Part shown: positions 10,702 to 23,773 of the stretch, piece after piece
Position numbering within the stretch: the stretch's first letter is position 1
Layout of the letters: every line of letters starts with the position of its first letter
Origin: Klebsormidium nitens
Taxonomy: Eukaryota > Plantae > Klebsormidiophyceae
DNA length: 64,000 bases
Direction of reading: 5' to 3'
Assembly (NCBI GenBank): GCA_000708835.1
Contig: DF237125.1
Coordinates: 62,001-126,000 of the forward strand
Position numbers and translations under genes: made by a program
Notes under the pieces: model-generated
The model's input: the letters and a program-made list of their open reading frames with translations, nothing else
Databases searched by the model: none
What the model was told of the DNA's origin: nothing

Positions 10702-13700
10702 TTACATGACGTCGACAGCGGCGGGCTGCACGGCGACGTCAGCGGCAATGCGCTCCTTCTTGGCCGTCTCAAAGTCGTCGTACGTCATCGCGCGGCTCTT
10801 GGACGGCACCGCGGCCGGCTGGTTGGGGAGCATGGGCACGCTGTTGGGGTTGAGCGAGCGCAGCAGTAACTCCATCCACACGTCGCCGTCTGGCGTTACC
10901 GCGCACGCACCCCCCTGGCGCCGGCTCATCGAACGGCGCGACGAGCCGGGGCGGCCGGCGCGCGCGGAAATGGTGCCGGGCTGGAAAGCCTGCGCGAAAT
11001 GTTTCAAAACGAAGGGTTGGATGCGCATCGAGAGCGCCAGTCTGGATACCTTTAAAAAGACAGACTTTTCATTTCAGGTGGAAGTACAGAAAACGGAATA
11101 CTCACCAAAACCGCTGACTTGACTACGTTCTGAAGGCTCTCTGGTGTTCTCAGGTGATCAGTTGAAGGCAAAGGAAGGAGAATACCGACCCGGATATGCG
11201 GTTTCCAGAAGCGAGCAGCAATTAGGGGCTGGATGGGACGATTGAAAGACGCCGATCCCGGATGAACCAATGTTGATCGTGCTTAAGGGGTAACACACGT
11301 CTTCACAAAGCGCAAGCGTCAAGAAAGCTGCGATGCAATTTGTAGGGACTCCGACACAATAGAGGATCAAGAGGGAGAGCTGTCTGTGAACAAGTATGGC
11401 GGAACGCGACGAAGAACGTTTCGACTTTCCTCCGAACATACGGCGATCCCATCCGTGCATGATTTCCCATCGAGACCTCTTCAAGAAGGCAAACCTCCGT
11501 TTTCGCACCGCACTTGAACCTAAGGCAAGAGCCTAACGTGCGTTTCCTTACGTCCGCGTTCAGGTTGACCGGCTTCATGTATTTGCTGGGACCCATCTCA
11601 GGAACCGAGGACATCTCCTTGGGGGCGCGCTTTGCGGCCGGGGCGTGAGACGAGGATCCCGAGCCCTTGGGGCTCGCCACAAGCGGGACCGCGTAAGGGC
11701 TGTCGGAGAATTTCGACTTCCCAGACGAGCCGGCCTTGCTGCGGCGATCAACAAAACGGGGCCGAGGTTAGTCTAGAGAAAATGTCGGATTGACAGAGGC
11801 GGGTGTTTCAACGTCGCACTTGACGCGTCGAACATGGGACTTGTCACTCCTGCTCAGGACGTTCAAAACGTACGCATATATGGATGTTTCAATTGAACGC
11901 TAGAAGGATATGTACTGATGTGAAACCTGCAGCGCGGCCCTTCAACAATCTTTTCATTGCAAGGCAATGACAGTTCAAAGAGCGTTTCTTCGTTCGTGCG
12001 GTTGCCAATTCATGACGACTGTACTCGCGTTATGCACCGTTATTCTATCAGCAAGGGTCTTTTAGGCACTTCAGATTAGCGTACACCAAACATCAAGAGA
12101 AGGTAATATTTCACCCGTGTTCCCAGCAAGAGTGACAGAAAACATCCGCTCTCAAGGGTAGCCGCGAGAGATCGTGGTCATCAGGCTGAAAGCCGTACTT
12201 CGACCTCCTCACTTGAAACCAGTAAATTTACCTGTCTGGAGACTTGCGCAACGGGGAACTCTTGGCGGACTTGGGACTCTTGGGCGACTTTGGGGATGAT
12301 GACGTCGCCGCGTGCGCGGCCTCCTGGGCCATCTCTTGGAGGAGCTCGTTCGTATCCACCATCAACGCTGTGGTAAGAGGGGAAGACGTTCAGCTTTTCA
12401 AGCTTTCAGGGCTCAAAACTTGCCTTCAAAACGCACGGCAAGCTCGTAAGCCGATTCTACGAAGGAGCTCGTTTGTATTCGCGGTCAACGCTGCACACAA
12501 AAGAGAAGGACAATCGAGTCCTCCGCGTTCAAAACTATGAGACTTGCAGTCAACATTAGCGCTGGCGCCGAGGAATTGATACGTTTTACCGTATTCTGGA
12601 ATTGGTGGATGCTACACCATAGATAAGCACGACGAAGGTATTTTGCTTACGTTAACAGTTACTTGCGGATGAGAGCTACTTCAAAAGAGCTGCCCAGCAG
12701 CACGGGATGTACAAAATTCTCGCGAGTGGGCCTGAGGTGATTGGCTCTGTTGACAAGCTCACCTTCTTTCGGGCCGGCCCCCTTGGTGTGGGACTCTTGC
12801 CAGAGCGCGATGTGCTGCGCCAGTGGGTTGAACGCAACCTCAAGGGGCGCCTTGGGCGTGTTGTCAATGTTGGGGGGATCCAGGCTGAAGTTCTGTATGG
12901 TGCAATGAAAGTAGGATCTTAGTAACGTACAGGAATTGACGCCGCGAGGAGGTTCTGCTGGGCTGGGAAAGACCGAGAGGGAAACCCCGATGGTGAATGT
13001 TGGAGGTTGGATTTGTACGAGATTGTTTCTGGTCGCAAGAGGTAAGAATCGACTGATTCAAAAGTCCTAGCGAAACAGCTGGATTCATTTGTTTTGGAAC
13101 TGAAAACCAGTACAAACCGAGTTTCATTGAAATCTTCAGGCTTCTCAAAGGAAAAGTCCTTGTCGAAGCTAGCAACCTTCTCAGAGCCGGGTCTCTGAAT
13201 TTTCAAACGCAGTCCCGCTCTGTGCTGAGCTCTTACCTGGATTCCGGTGTAGTGCGTGACGGTGCCGTCGCGGTTCTTGACAGGTGTCATCACCAGGTTG
13301 TTGTAGAGCAGAGTCCCAGTTCGGCTGTAGTTTGTAACCATGCCCCTAAACTCTGATCCCGTGTTGATGGCGTCACGCATCGCAACAACGACTGCGCGGT
13401 CCGTTTTGGGGCCCTGGAGGAAGCGGCTGCGAGGGGATAGCTTTTGTCAGGGGATAGCTTACTGGGAGAAGCTTTCTGCGCCGCCAACATGTTTGCAGAC
13501 GATTGTTCAGATCCATTCCTGTTTTCGTCAGCTGTGGTTCTTTAAGCGGATTTGCGCAAGACCTCACGCCACTGCCTGGAATTTCTAGGGGAAAAGTTTA
13601 GCAACCCCAAGAACATTGATCCGATTCCAGTCAAGCTACAAGCTCAAATGAATACACTCTATGCACAGCGAGAGTGGCTTCGAACCATAAAACTGCCGTT

Positions 13701-15161
13701 CTTACCAGTTGCGCCCCACAATGAAGTCCTCTGGGTACTCGGTCCAGGTACAAAAGCACTCGTTGGCGTACACAATAGGCTGTTGAAGAAAAGAAGTACT
13801 GAGCACCATGCATCCTCGCTTCACCACAACTATGACACAGTTCCTTTAGATCTGCGTACTTTGCAAGCTGCTAAAAGAATACAGGAAAAGCAGCCAAGAG
13901 GTCAAGTATACTCAGACAAGCTCCCAAATCAAAGACTATCTCCCTCAACAGACAAAAAGCTGAGAGAAAGGATGAACAAGCGATCCGGTACCCAATCTCA
14001 CCTCGTCCTCCTTTTGCATGTCTGTAATGCACATAGCATAAGGGCTGAGGTGCAGCAGATTCTCAATCATCTGCAGAGGTTAATATGCAGCTCAATGCTT
14101 GCCCAACGGAAATCAAATTGTGGGATGGGACGACATCGGGCAACTGCAGGTGTGCCAAAGACCCGCCGAGATGATGAGAGCACTTCCGAAATGATTGTAT
14201 GCTTCAACTTCTAATGCTCAAAGTTTGCAAGTCTCATCGTCAACAACTGTATCGGTGAAGGACAGCCTGGCTCTCTCCTATCCTTCCCAGAGGTTGGAAG
14301 TTTTTCTGACTTCCCATCCAATCATTTTCGGCTCAAAAATCTTGGCTTTTCATTTCCAGGAGTGTGGCAGTCAGGCCAAGCAATGATTCCTTGATGCGCA
14401 CACTGTCGTAACAGAAAGCTGGAGCAGACGCAGGTAAAGCGGCTCACCGCCCTCAAACGCTGGCTCTCGTCTTCCTGCTCCTTGCTTACGAACTGCAGCT
14501 TCTTCTCGCGGGTGGGCATGACACCGACAGCGGCAGCTGGATCAGACAAAAACACACGCAGCTATTTAAAAGCTGCCAAGAGGGGAGACTGGAACAAACA
14601 AAGGCTTATGTGACGCAGGTAGCCGTTATGGATTCAAAGGTAAGAATGTTCCTGCCGGGTAAGCAAATCGATTTGTTAATAAAGTTGGTGGCCTGGCAAA
14701 CGCTCCCAAATGTTACTCTCCTCGAATGTTACTTTCTGATCATGTTAGGAGAGATCAGCACCCGTTCTGTCAGCAATGAAAGAGTTGAGCTGGGCCAAGA
14801 TGTGGATTGGGAATTCGACTTTCTATCTTTCTCTCAACACTAGAAAAATGCAGCCTACTCAAAGGTGCAGGGATCCTGATCCTTAACCTAGACTGCACAT
14901 CGGCACACCTCAGTGCCAGCTTCACACTCTTCGTTGTGAAGAAACTAGTTCATAAGCACCGCAAAATCAAGTGACAGCTTCTCCTTGCAACAAGCAAGCT
15001 GATCTTGGGTGCATTCCCATCAGCTTGGGGACGATGTCATCCTTACTTGTTTCCAGCGGTGCTTTCTCCTTTTGAGACAGGACCCTAGTCAACTGAGGAG
15101 CCCCAGCTCTGCTGTGCGGCGCCTGAGGAGGCCCAACTTCCGTCTTGATCTCGCTATCCAT
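10702..15161 (-). CDS. Single LOV-domain (PAS) flavoprotein, putative blue-light sensor with a long Ser/Pro/Lys-rich tail (~425 aa)
   Basis: Exons 15047-15161, 14448-14536, 14002-14070, 13706-13779, 13237-13426, 12763-12892, 12232-12367, 11552-11738, 10702-10989, all phase-consistent. Splicing rebuilds PIVYANECF...VGRNC|RFLQGPKTD...MRDAI...NYSRTGTLLYNNLVMTPV...YTGIQ, a complete LOV core. Confidence 0.88.
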
Positions 15162-16009
15162 TTTGACACTGCTTTCAAAGGTCTACGACTTTTAGATTGC
15201 CACAAATATGGCCACCAAATCGGGCGCTAGCTAGCAAAGACACTAGTCAGCTCAGATGATCAGCTTCTTTAGACAAAGAAACTCCAACTAATCAGAGACG
15301 GCAGCACCTCCAATGCGCTCTTTGTCTTTTGTATGCTTGAGTATCATTGACGGTCAACTTATTAGAAACAGCAAGACGGTCTTTCCACTTTCAAGCACAC
15401 TTGCCAGGCTGAGGCACGGATCTCGGCACGGCACACGTTTCTCAAGCTTTTGCCAACTCAAACCAGCGTCTCTTTTGGAGATAGGTATTGGCGATCTTTC
15501 CTGTGCCGTTGCAGCAAGGAGCTACCCAGCAGAGAATGGTGTAATGCTGAAAGCTGCGCGAGACTCCATGGAATATTGTCTGAATCTTTCTGCTCGCTCA
15601 AGCTGCAAAACCTTGCAGGCAGAATGGAGCACTTGGGACAAGTTCTGAGACTTGAGTACCAGTTGACGACGTCGAAGTTCGAACTGATTGTGATTCTGCA
15701 GTGTACGGTACCAAATTATATCATGTACCGTACCAATCTGGGAAGGAAAGAATCAAGATTCGGTGGTTGCAACCTCCTCAAGATCCGGAAAAGATTTGGG
15801 GCTTCCGAGCCGTCCGATGAGTTCAAAAAGAAGGATAAAAGTGTGCCTCGCTTTTGCAAGAACGTGCGTCGACGCCAAAATATCTGGCGCCAGCTCAGAA
15901 TCGCGTGCGCCTTTCTCTCTCTTCCCCCCTAGCTTTTTCCCCTGCTTTCTTCGAGTTGCTTTTGAAATTACAACCAATACAATCAAGGGCGCCAGCTAAA
16001 CTTTCCACA

Positions 16010-18561
16010 ATGGCGCATTCCGTCTGCCGACTCCCAGTCACCCAGCTCTCCCACAATGTCCTTGTCTCTTCCTTTGAGAAAGCCGGAAGTACTCAGCCCT
16101 CAAGGCCATCTCAACCCTCATTTTGCGGCAGCTTGCAAAATAGTGCGGCCCCTTGGGGCATTGGTTTGCACAGGAGAGCAGGTAGTTTCTCCCTGCATGC
16201 AGTTGGTTCAGAGCAACAATCTGTGTCTCAAGAAGACAAGCAACAGGAGACCCCGCCGCCGTCACGACCTCTGCAATATGGGTCCCGGCTAGAGCGTCTT
16301 ATGCCTGAGAAGGACATCTTGCAAAAGGCGGAAGAGGAGATGAGTGGTGAGATTGAAACCGGAGGTCGATGTCCAAGAGGATTTTGCAAACACTCTGAAT
16401 AGCTTGAAGAAAGTATGTCTGAAACCACTCCTACTCCACCACACTTCTATGAGTCAAGTCCTCCAGCAGACATTGCTCAGGAGCAGTCCTTGCATTCAAT
16501 CTTCAGAACGCTTAGTCTTCTGAAGATTGGACAGGAGACCTAGTGCAAATCGTCACAGGGCTTGTTATGTGTACAAGCTGAAAAGTCTGGGGCAAGCCTT
16601 TCTCTGCTTGTTCCCCTGTGCTACTGCTGGCGGGGTTAATTGCAATGCAAAGCAGTGGTGGATATGAGGATTAGCAGCAGGACTCAGTAGTGGTGGCCAT
16701 GTACAGAAGTGCGTTGGAGGCAAAGCTTTTGATTGGACACTGGTTTCGCTGCCAAGCATGCAAACAGAGACATGGTTTTCCGTTTCTGTTGACGATTGGT
16801 CTTTGCTCTGCAGAGAAGTGCACGACACTTGAAGGCGACGAAGCGTACAACTGCTGGCAAACAGTCTTTGAGTTTGAGGATGACAAGGTGAGGCATCACA
16901 AGGTTGATTGTTTTCCACTCTTGATCTTATTGATGTCTCTTCCTTTGCTTCGAAATCAATGTTGAATGCTCTTCCGTTTGACTCGGTTGCTTACGGTCAG
17001 GAAGCTCCAGAATTGGCAACGTTCTTTCAATGATGGCTTTTTGGACAAGTCGTAAGATTCAATTCTGATTGTCGCTCCTGGTCGCAATCATTGAAAGCAA
17101 CGCGCTGAGCTTGATGACGCAGATTCAATGCCCGCAGCCTAGTTGCCTCAACTTAGGGACTTTATCGGTTGTTGACTGAGAGTGTGTCCTCTACCACTGG
17201 CGAAAAAACACCACTGCTTTTTGGTCTGAAAATGAGCAGCCTCAGTAGCGCTTCTTTGAAACCAGGCATTTTTCCGCTTGGTTTTGTAGGGCACTCGATT
17301 CAGTTGTATGGATTCTTTGCTGGCAGCCTCTATTTCTTGCCGCTACGATTGCCTGTTCGAATGGCATCAGCGACGTGGGAAATAGGAGCATCTTACCTTT
17401 TAGATGTTCATCGGAGAATTTTGCAGCTGTCTTTTGATGGTCACTGCTTTTTCCCTACGCCAGCAGAGTAATTCCGGAACTTAAGTTGTCAAGGTATTGC
17501 CGCCCTTAATTTTGCGCAAGACAACTTACGAATTACTTTTCTGCCACTTGTTGTTCCCAGGCCACAGCACAGAGAGAGTGCATACTCGCAGCCCCCGGGG
17601 AAAAGCAGCAGGCGTGCGGCCCCCTCGAGAGCCTCCAGACCCTCGTCCGCGAGGGGTCCGCCCAGGGCGTGTCCGCCGTCCTCGCAAACATCCGAGCGGC
17701 CTCGCAGAGCAAAAAGGCGCGCCGCGCATCAGATGCCAAAAAGGCTGCAGCGGCAGTGGAAAGCAAGCCGACTCTAGCGAAGGGGAAGGCGAGGAAGACG
17801 GAAGCCGATAGGGCCGAGTTTGAGGTTCCGGGGGGGAGGACGGCAGCGGCGATGGCGGGGATTGAAGACCCCCGGAGCGAAGCGAGCTCAGAGGAGTGGG
17901 AGAACCAGGCGGCGGAGGCGGCGGCGGAGGGCATGGAGGACCGGCTACGCAGGTGAGTTCTTGAAGCGTGCCCCGAACTCAGCTCGTTGAGTTCCTGGTC
18001 TAGGACGAAGTCAGTCTTAAATGGTTGCCAGAAGCCGCGAAGATCAGAGCAGTTGATTTCCAACTACTGGAATACTAGTGTCTTCTTGGTCGTGTAGTCC
18101 ATACTTTTGAGGAATGTGTCAGGCGTGCAAGTCTAGTCGGATTTCAACGAGCATCATGACATGGCTTGCTTGTGATGCTAGATATGTCAGGCGGGTGGTG
18201 CTCATTCCACTTGCTTGGCGGAGCAATTTGGATGGAGCAGTTAGGACGTACCCTACACATGTCAAGTCTGAAGAGGGGCGTGCAATCGGTGCTCATGTGT
18301 TCACTTTTTGAGATTCACCATTTCATTGGGAAAAACGTGACGTTTGGCGGGTGCGCGCACCTTTTCAGAGAGCCGTATGTAACGAGCAATATTATTCTCA
18401 GGAACGAGTTTGTTTTGTCTTGTCTAAAAGGTTATTTTCTACTATACAGGGCGTCCGCTGACGAGGATGATGACGATGACAATGACGACCTCTCTGCTGT
18501 GAGACGGGCCCTCAAAAAGCGGGGCTTGTCTGGTACGTGGCTACATGGAGAGAACGTCTGA
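16010..18561 (+). CDS. CCG-binding protein 1 / MEE14-like protein
   Basis: Exons 16010-16346, 16814-16887, 17561-17952, 18450-18561. The spliced core SRLERLMPEKDILQKAEEEMSEKCTTLEGDEAYNCWQTVFEFED matches, as I recall it, the land-plant CBP1/MEE14 block (LER...L.QK.E.E...YC.TLEGD..Y.CW...FE..D). Confidence 0.7.
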
Positions 18562-20199
18562 AACAGTCTAATTAGTTGTGTATAAATCATGAGTCCTTGA
18601 CACTGCCGTGAAGTACATACGGAGACAGTGCTCATCTGAGAGGTGGTAATTCAGCAGGGTTTGTACATTTGTGTAGTTCATCTTGGGAGATTGTAGATAA
18701 TTGATAACAGTGCAACTGCGGCCTAGAAAATCTAGTTTGCAAGCGACCCTCCACGCCTGCTTTTAGAGTCTGGATGAGCTGCATCATGTACAGGTTGTGT
18801 AAGTTGTGTAGAGTCCGGAAGGAGAGTTCACACAGTTGAAGTCAGCAAGCCGTGCAGTGAAAACGTGCCAACTGAGCGGCTGCTGTGGAAGACGCACCGA
18901 CCAAGCCGGACGATAACATGCGTTTGGTCTTGAGGAACAGGGTTGCTTAGACGAGTGTGTCGGTGGCGAACTTGAACTCTATTTCAGTTTTGAACTAGGC
19001 TAGCTAGAAACTAAACCCAAAAGGTAGGCAGGTTTGTTCACTGATACGTGTACGGTGTTTTGTACGTTGTTTTGTACGTGGTCAGTTGCTTTCTTGGATC
19101 TGTGGAGAGTAAGTGCCTCAAGTGTGCTTCGTGGATCTGATTGGGCATGTCAGAGCAGACGTACGAAGGTAAAGCAGTCTGGTTCAGATTCTGCAATGTT
19201 GTGACGCGGGCAGCCCAACCTCAGCCCGCGTGTGGAGTAGAAATTTCTGACAGTTGCCGCCGCTCTCAGGAGTTTTTCCATGTGCGGCAGTGAGATACGC
19301 CGTTGAAGCCCGTCTCTTGGAGCTTTTCTCAGGGTCGCTTCGACGACATACAGGACGTACTCACTGTTACTAATTGTTAGAGCTGAGGCCGGCGTACCGT
19401 CTGCATGCCGCGCTGCGTGCACTTCATCATGGCGTGCAACATACCGGCTAAGAACATGCATATAATTCAGCCGGGTTAACAGCTTAAAACAACCTGATTT
19501 CCCGGCAACAGTTGGATTGCGAATGATCGTGAATGCGCAAACTTGGTCATCAAAAATGGCAAGCGGCGGCGCATGTCATGGTCGAAGATGAGCAGATTGT
19601 GGCTCGAAATTGGGCATATGCATTACATGCCCTCTCAGTCTACTGCCCGCCGCAGCTGGAACACCATTCCTCGTGCAATCAATGCGTAGAAAGGGCGCGT
19701 ACGTGAAGCTTAGCCTAGACGACTCATATATCCCCATATGCGGCCCACGTACGTATTGAATGAGATCTGCACCTGCTTTTCGTTTCAAGTTTGATGCAAC
19801 CAGCCGAGGTGCTGCTCTAGCTGCATCCATATGGACCCGTCTTTTTCAGGGCAGCTAGATCGGGCGGAACCGCATGTCAGCTTCAGTTGCTCTTCTATCA
19901 ACTTATTCATTGCCATCCGAGGTATAAAAATTATATCGACCATTGACTTAACACTCCTTTCTTCGAAGAACTTTGGCTGACGACTCCATCTGGTGCGACC
20001 GATTGAAGTTAGTTCGTTGACGCAAGCGTCTACTCTAGAGCAGCTCTCGTTCTTTACGCGTTGCATGCTAATGGGCTTGCCAGTGGTTATCCAAGATATT
20101 CTTTATCTTGCCTGCACGATCAATATAATAGAACTGTGAAGGGCGGGCTCCAAATTGTACCTCGTCAACTTATACACGTCCACAAATTGTTACGTCAGT

Positions 20200-22895
20200 C
20201 TACCTCATCTTCTTGACCAGCCACGTCATGAGACTGCGGGCCACGGCTTCTCCGACGTCACCCTTCATCACCATCTTGTCCTTGTCGCTCTTGAGGCAAG
20301 AGTAGTGCCAATCGCAAAGGTCGCCGTACCGGGGAGCTTCCACCTCCCAGCTGTTGAAGATCTGCGCGTCGAAGAAGAATATCGTATAAGAGGGACTCAA
20401 GGAGGATGAGATAGTCGTAGGGTGGAGCTTTTCGCGTTTGGTAGGAACGGTCGAGACAGCCTTCGAATGACACGGACAGAATGTCAGGCCCGGCCTAAGC
20501 TTTCTTATGTAGGACAAAAAAGCCAGACAACATCGTTCGGAAAGATCGCGTGGTTCGTTGGGTGAGAGGAGAACTCGGAAGCATCCAGGAGAGGGCATCT
20601 GTTTGGCTTGCACCGAAGTACCCAAGACCGGCATTTTTAATGGGCAAACGGATTGGCACACCGAAAAGAAGGACCCGCGAGACCGCTCTTCCTCTACGGA
20701 CTAGAGAAGCATGTGCGCGCGTTGCTTGCTTTGCCACAGCAGAAGATCGCCCCTCACCTGGAACTCCTTCCGCGCAGTGACCATCGGTACAGCGTACCGG
20801 TTCGTCCACGCCAGGACCGCGTTCTTCCGGTTGCACGCGCCGCGCCAGCTCGGCGTGGTCCTCCACACAAGCTTCGACCCTTCCTGGTCGAACTTTGCGG
20901 CCCACTCTAGATACCCCGGCAGGTGCTTGGCGTAAGCAAGCTGCGGTTGAGCGCAGCTAGCGGTAGTCCACGTGCCGGCGTCGAAGATGTAGATACCGGG
21001 GCCGGGCTCGACGTCGGGGAAGGAGTCGTTTCGCCCGGAGTACATGCCCCGGTTGTGGCAGCCGAACTCGTGGTTCTGGTAGATGCCGTCCACCTGGAAA
21101 GTGTCCATGTGTCCCTCTCAGAAAGTTTCGTCTGAACTTCAAGAAACGCTGATGATCAGTCCTTTGACCATCACTTCCAGCAGAAAGTGCACGTGTGACT
21201 ACTGATTTCACAGCCCCGTGCCTCAGCACCGAAACGCTGCTGTCAAGCCGTTCTCCTGGACAGGCCACCCAATTGCTTCCCTCAGATGAAGTCTGCCGAT
21301 TTGATTGCTGTTTTGGCGGCTTTGGTTTTCAGCAGGGAACAAACTTTCAAACGAGAGAAAAGGCCACTTCAATGAAGTGCAGGTTCCTTGAAATTCTGAC
21401 GTTGACTATGCAGGCACCCTGATAGATTCCTGAGGCTTACCCAGTAGTATCGCAGTTCCAGGCGAGAGTCCCCCTCTTCGATGGTTAACGACATGTCCCC
21501 ATGCTGGCGTCTTTCGGAAGCATCCGCATGCCCTGCATCCCGAAACCTAGTCAGCCATCAAAGCAGCCAAAACCAAAGCTTCATTGCGGTGCCAATTGGC
21601 GGCAAGACAGACCTGTTAGATCTCGGAAGGGTCTTCTGTCATAGACGCATGCTGGATATAGAATTCTGCCAGCAGAAAGACCTGTCATAGATGCATTCTA
21701 GAAGTAGAAATGTGTCAGCAGGTCCGCTAGCATGGGAGCTTGAACTTGTTGTCCAATATGGTCCCAACCTTTCTGATGGATGAGAAGAGTTGTGCAGTGC
21801 CACAATCTGAACACGGCTGCAGACACAATACTGAGGCTTGGGCTAGACCTTACCTGCCAGAAGATACTTGAGATGCATGTACAGGACACGCTGATGCGAG
21901 TCTCCAATGAATGTCAGTCTCTTGTAGCCAGCATCGTTCAGCCGCTTCACGAAAGACCCTGGTTCTATCAGGCTTGGTGCGCAATTGTACGGTGTCCATG
22001 AATACACTGGCTTGCGTCCGCTCTCTTTTAGGAACCACCGGCCGGAAGCGCCACGATCGCAGGGTGAATCTTTTGGAGGGTTTTCTGCTAGAGTCCTGCT
22101 CTCTTCCCCAGCGTCAAAGTTGCTGCCTTGAGACTGTGCTTGAGGTTGATGAATGGTGACAGAAAACTCGGCAAGGACTGTTGACTCCAGCACCGAGTTG
22201 CAGTCAGCTCTCACAGTGAATGTATAGTTCCCCTGATCCCAGATAATATATGTGGCAGTCCAGGCTGGATGAATGCTTCCATATTCAACAGCTAGATCTC
22301 CCACTCCAAGAGAGCTGCCCTTGTATGTAAAGAAGATTTCCCGGTTGGCTGGGTCATCTGTGTTCCAGTAAGTATCTGTTGTGGCCGTGATGCGGAATGC
22401 ACAAACCTCGCCTACTGTGCACTCGCCTCTACCACTGCCTGAGATGGAGACATGGGGGGCAAGCTTGGTGGGGGAGAATGCTGCTACACTGGGGGTCTTG
22501 ACAGGGCACTCATGTCCGTAATCAGGTTGCATGAGATCTTCTGACTCAGCTTTTTGGACCCCCGCTCCCAATACTTGATGCCTGAAGCTCGATCTGCTGT
22601 TACCTTGAGCTGCTTGATATTCGCCTGTGAAGTGATCTGTGCTTTTGGGAAGAAGGAAGTTCGCCCTCAAGCTGCTTGGAAACTCTCTATGAGGCCCGAG
22701 ACGCGTAAACCTTTGCAGGTCAAACTCTGCATCCCGCCAATTGTAACCCGCGTGCTTCAGCGCCGCATCTCCACAGAAAAGGACTGCAGCCAGTGCCATC
22801 AGAAGGAGCGCAATGCTCGTCGTCCGTTTTGACTCGGGTTTGATCTCCTTTGCGCTCATCGGGGATGTTTTGCTGCTGCCTGAAACAGGCGCCAT
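20200..22895 (-). CDS. Type II membrane SGNH/PC-esterase-family protein (polysaccharide O-acetyltransferase/esterase-like) with an upstream Ig-like beta domain
   Basis: Exons 21854-22895, 21441-21532, 20758-21093, 20200-20361, phase-consistent. N-terminal hydrophobic anchor (SIALLLMALAAVLF), Cys-containing linker (CDRGASGRW...WTPYNC), FIGDS motif, VWRTT, and a C-terminal DLCDWHYSC (DxxH). Confidence 0.8.
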
Positions 22896-23511
22896 TGTGT
22901 TTCAAAGAAGATTACAACAACTGTAGCACCTTTCAAGCTTCCAAGGAAACTCAAAAGAAGGAAACTCCAGTTCGCAAGTTCCTGCTCTACCGCGTCAGCT
23001 TAACCAGCTGGTGGCATTGGCAGCCACCGCCAGCGACAGGCTACAGCTTTTGCAGGAGCAAGGCCGCAGCTCAGCAGCTCAGCATTGAACAAACAAACCG
23101 ACCCCCTTTCAAATTTTAGTGCTGGGTCTGCCTCGACCTTCTATGCAGCATTGCAACCATGAGCATAAAGGTGCGAACAATCGCTCAATTTATCAATCAA
23201 AGCAAATGTTCGGACACTGAAGTCGGGTCACGCAGCTGCGCAGCGTCGCCTTTCAACCGTAAGATGATGCCAGCAGGTACGATCGACGGCTTCAAGGTCT
23301 TTCTATGACGACTGCGCGCGCGTCAAGTTCCTGTACGCCGTGCCGTACTCAGGCTCAGCTCAAAGCTGCATCTGCGCACTCAATTACTATGAGTCTTTAC
23401 CAATTTGCCATGTTGGTGTGCTCGGGTCGAGATGGTCTGACATCAGTTGTCACAACCTAGCTGATGCCTGGCGCCCTGCAGATGTCAGGTCCTGAAATTC
23501 AGGTTCATGGA

Positions 23512-23528
23512 CTCTCTCTCTCTCTCTC
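23512..23528 (+). repeat. (CT)8 microsatellite upstream of PF16, probably in the 5' UTR or proximal promoter
   Basis: CTCTCTCTCTCTCTCTC read directly. Confidence 0.85.
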
Positions 23529-23773
23529 GCTTTGTCTCTCTGATGCTGTTCTCCGAAGAGATATTCTCTTTTGTTTACGCTAGGTCAAGACGCGCTCCAA
23601 AAGACAGCTTCGTCCAAACAATCCTGAACCTAAGAGATTGAAAATTCTCCGCCAATAGTTGTGGCAGGGGAATCAAGGATAAACCGCGAGGGGCCTGCAG
23701 TAAGAAGGTAGTATGCGACTGCCATACAGCGTTAGGATTGATGTGAAAACGGTGTGGTAAGAGGAGAGCCACT

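Noticed and set aside
10382-11122. 246-aa plus-strand ORF
   Set aside because: Antisense shadow of the GC-rich last exon of the LOV gene; no start context or recognisable motifs.
13552-14214. 220-aa plus-strand ORF
   Set aside because: Lies antisense across LOV exons and introns; the peptide is not protein-like.
16690-16813. Apparent CxxC motif (HWFRCQACKQRHG) in a plus-strand ORF
   Set aside because: Intronic read-through upstream of the true acceptor at 16813 of the CBP1-like gene.
19150-19461. 103-aa minus ORF between CBP1-like and esterase genes
   Set aside because: No recognisable motif or splice context, and it overlaps the candidate TTAA relic.
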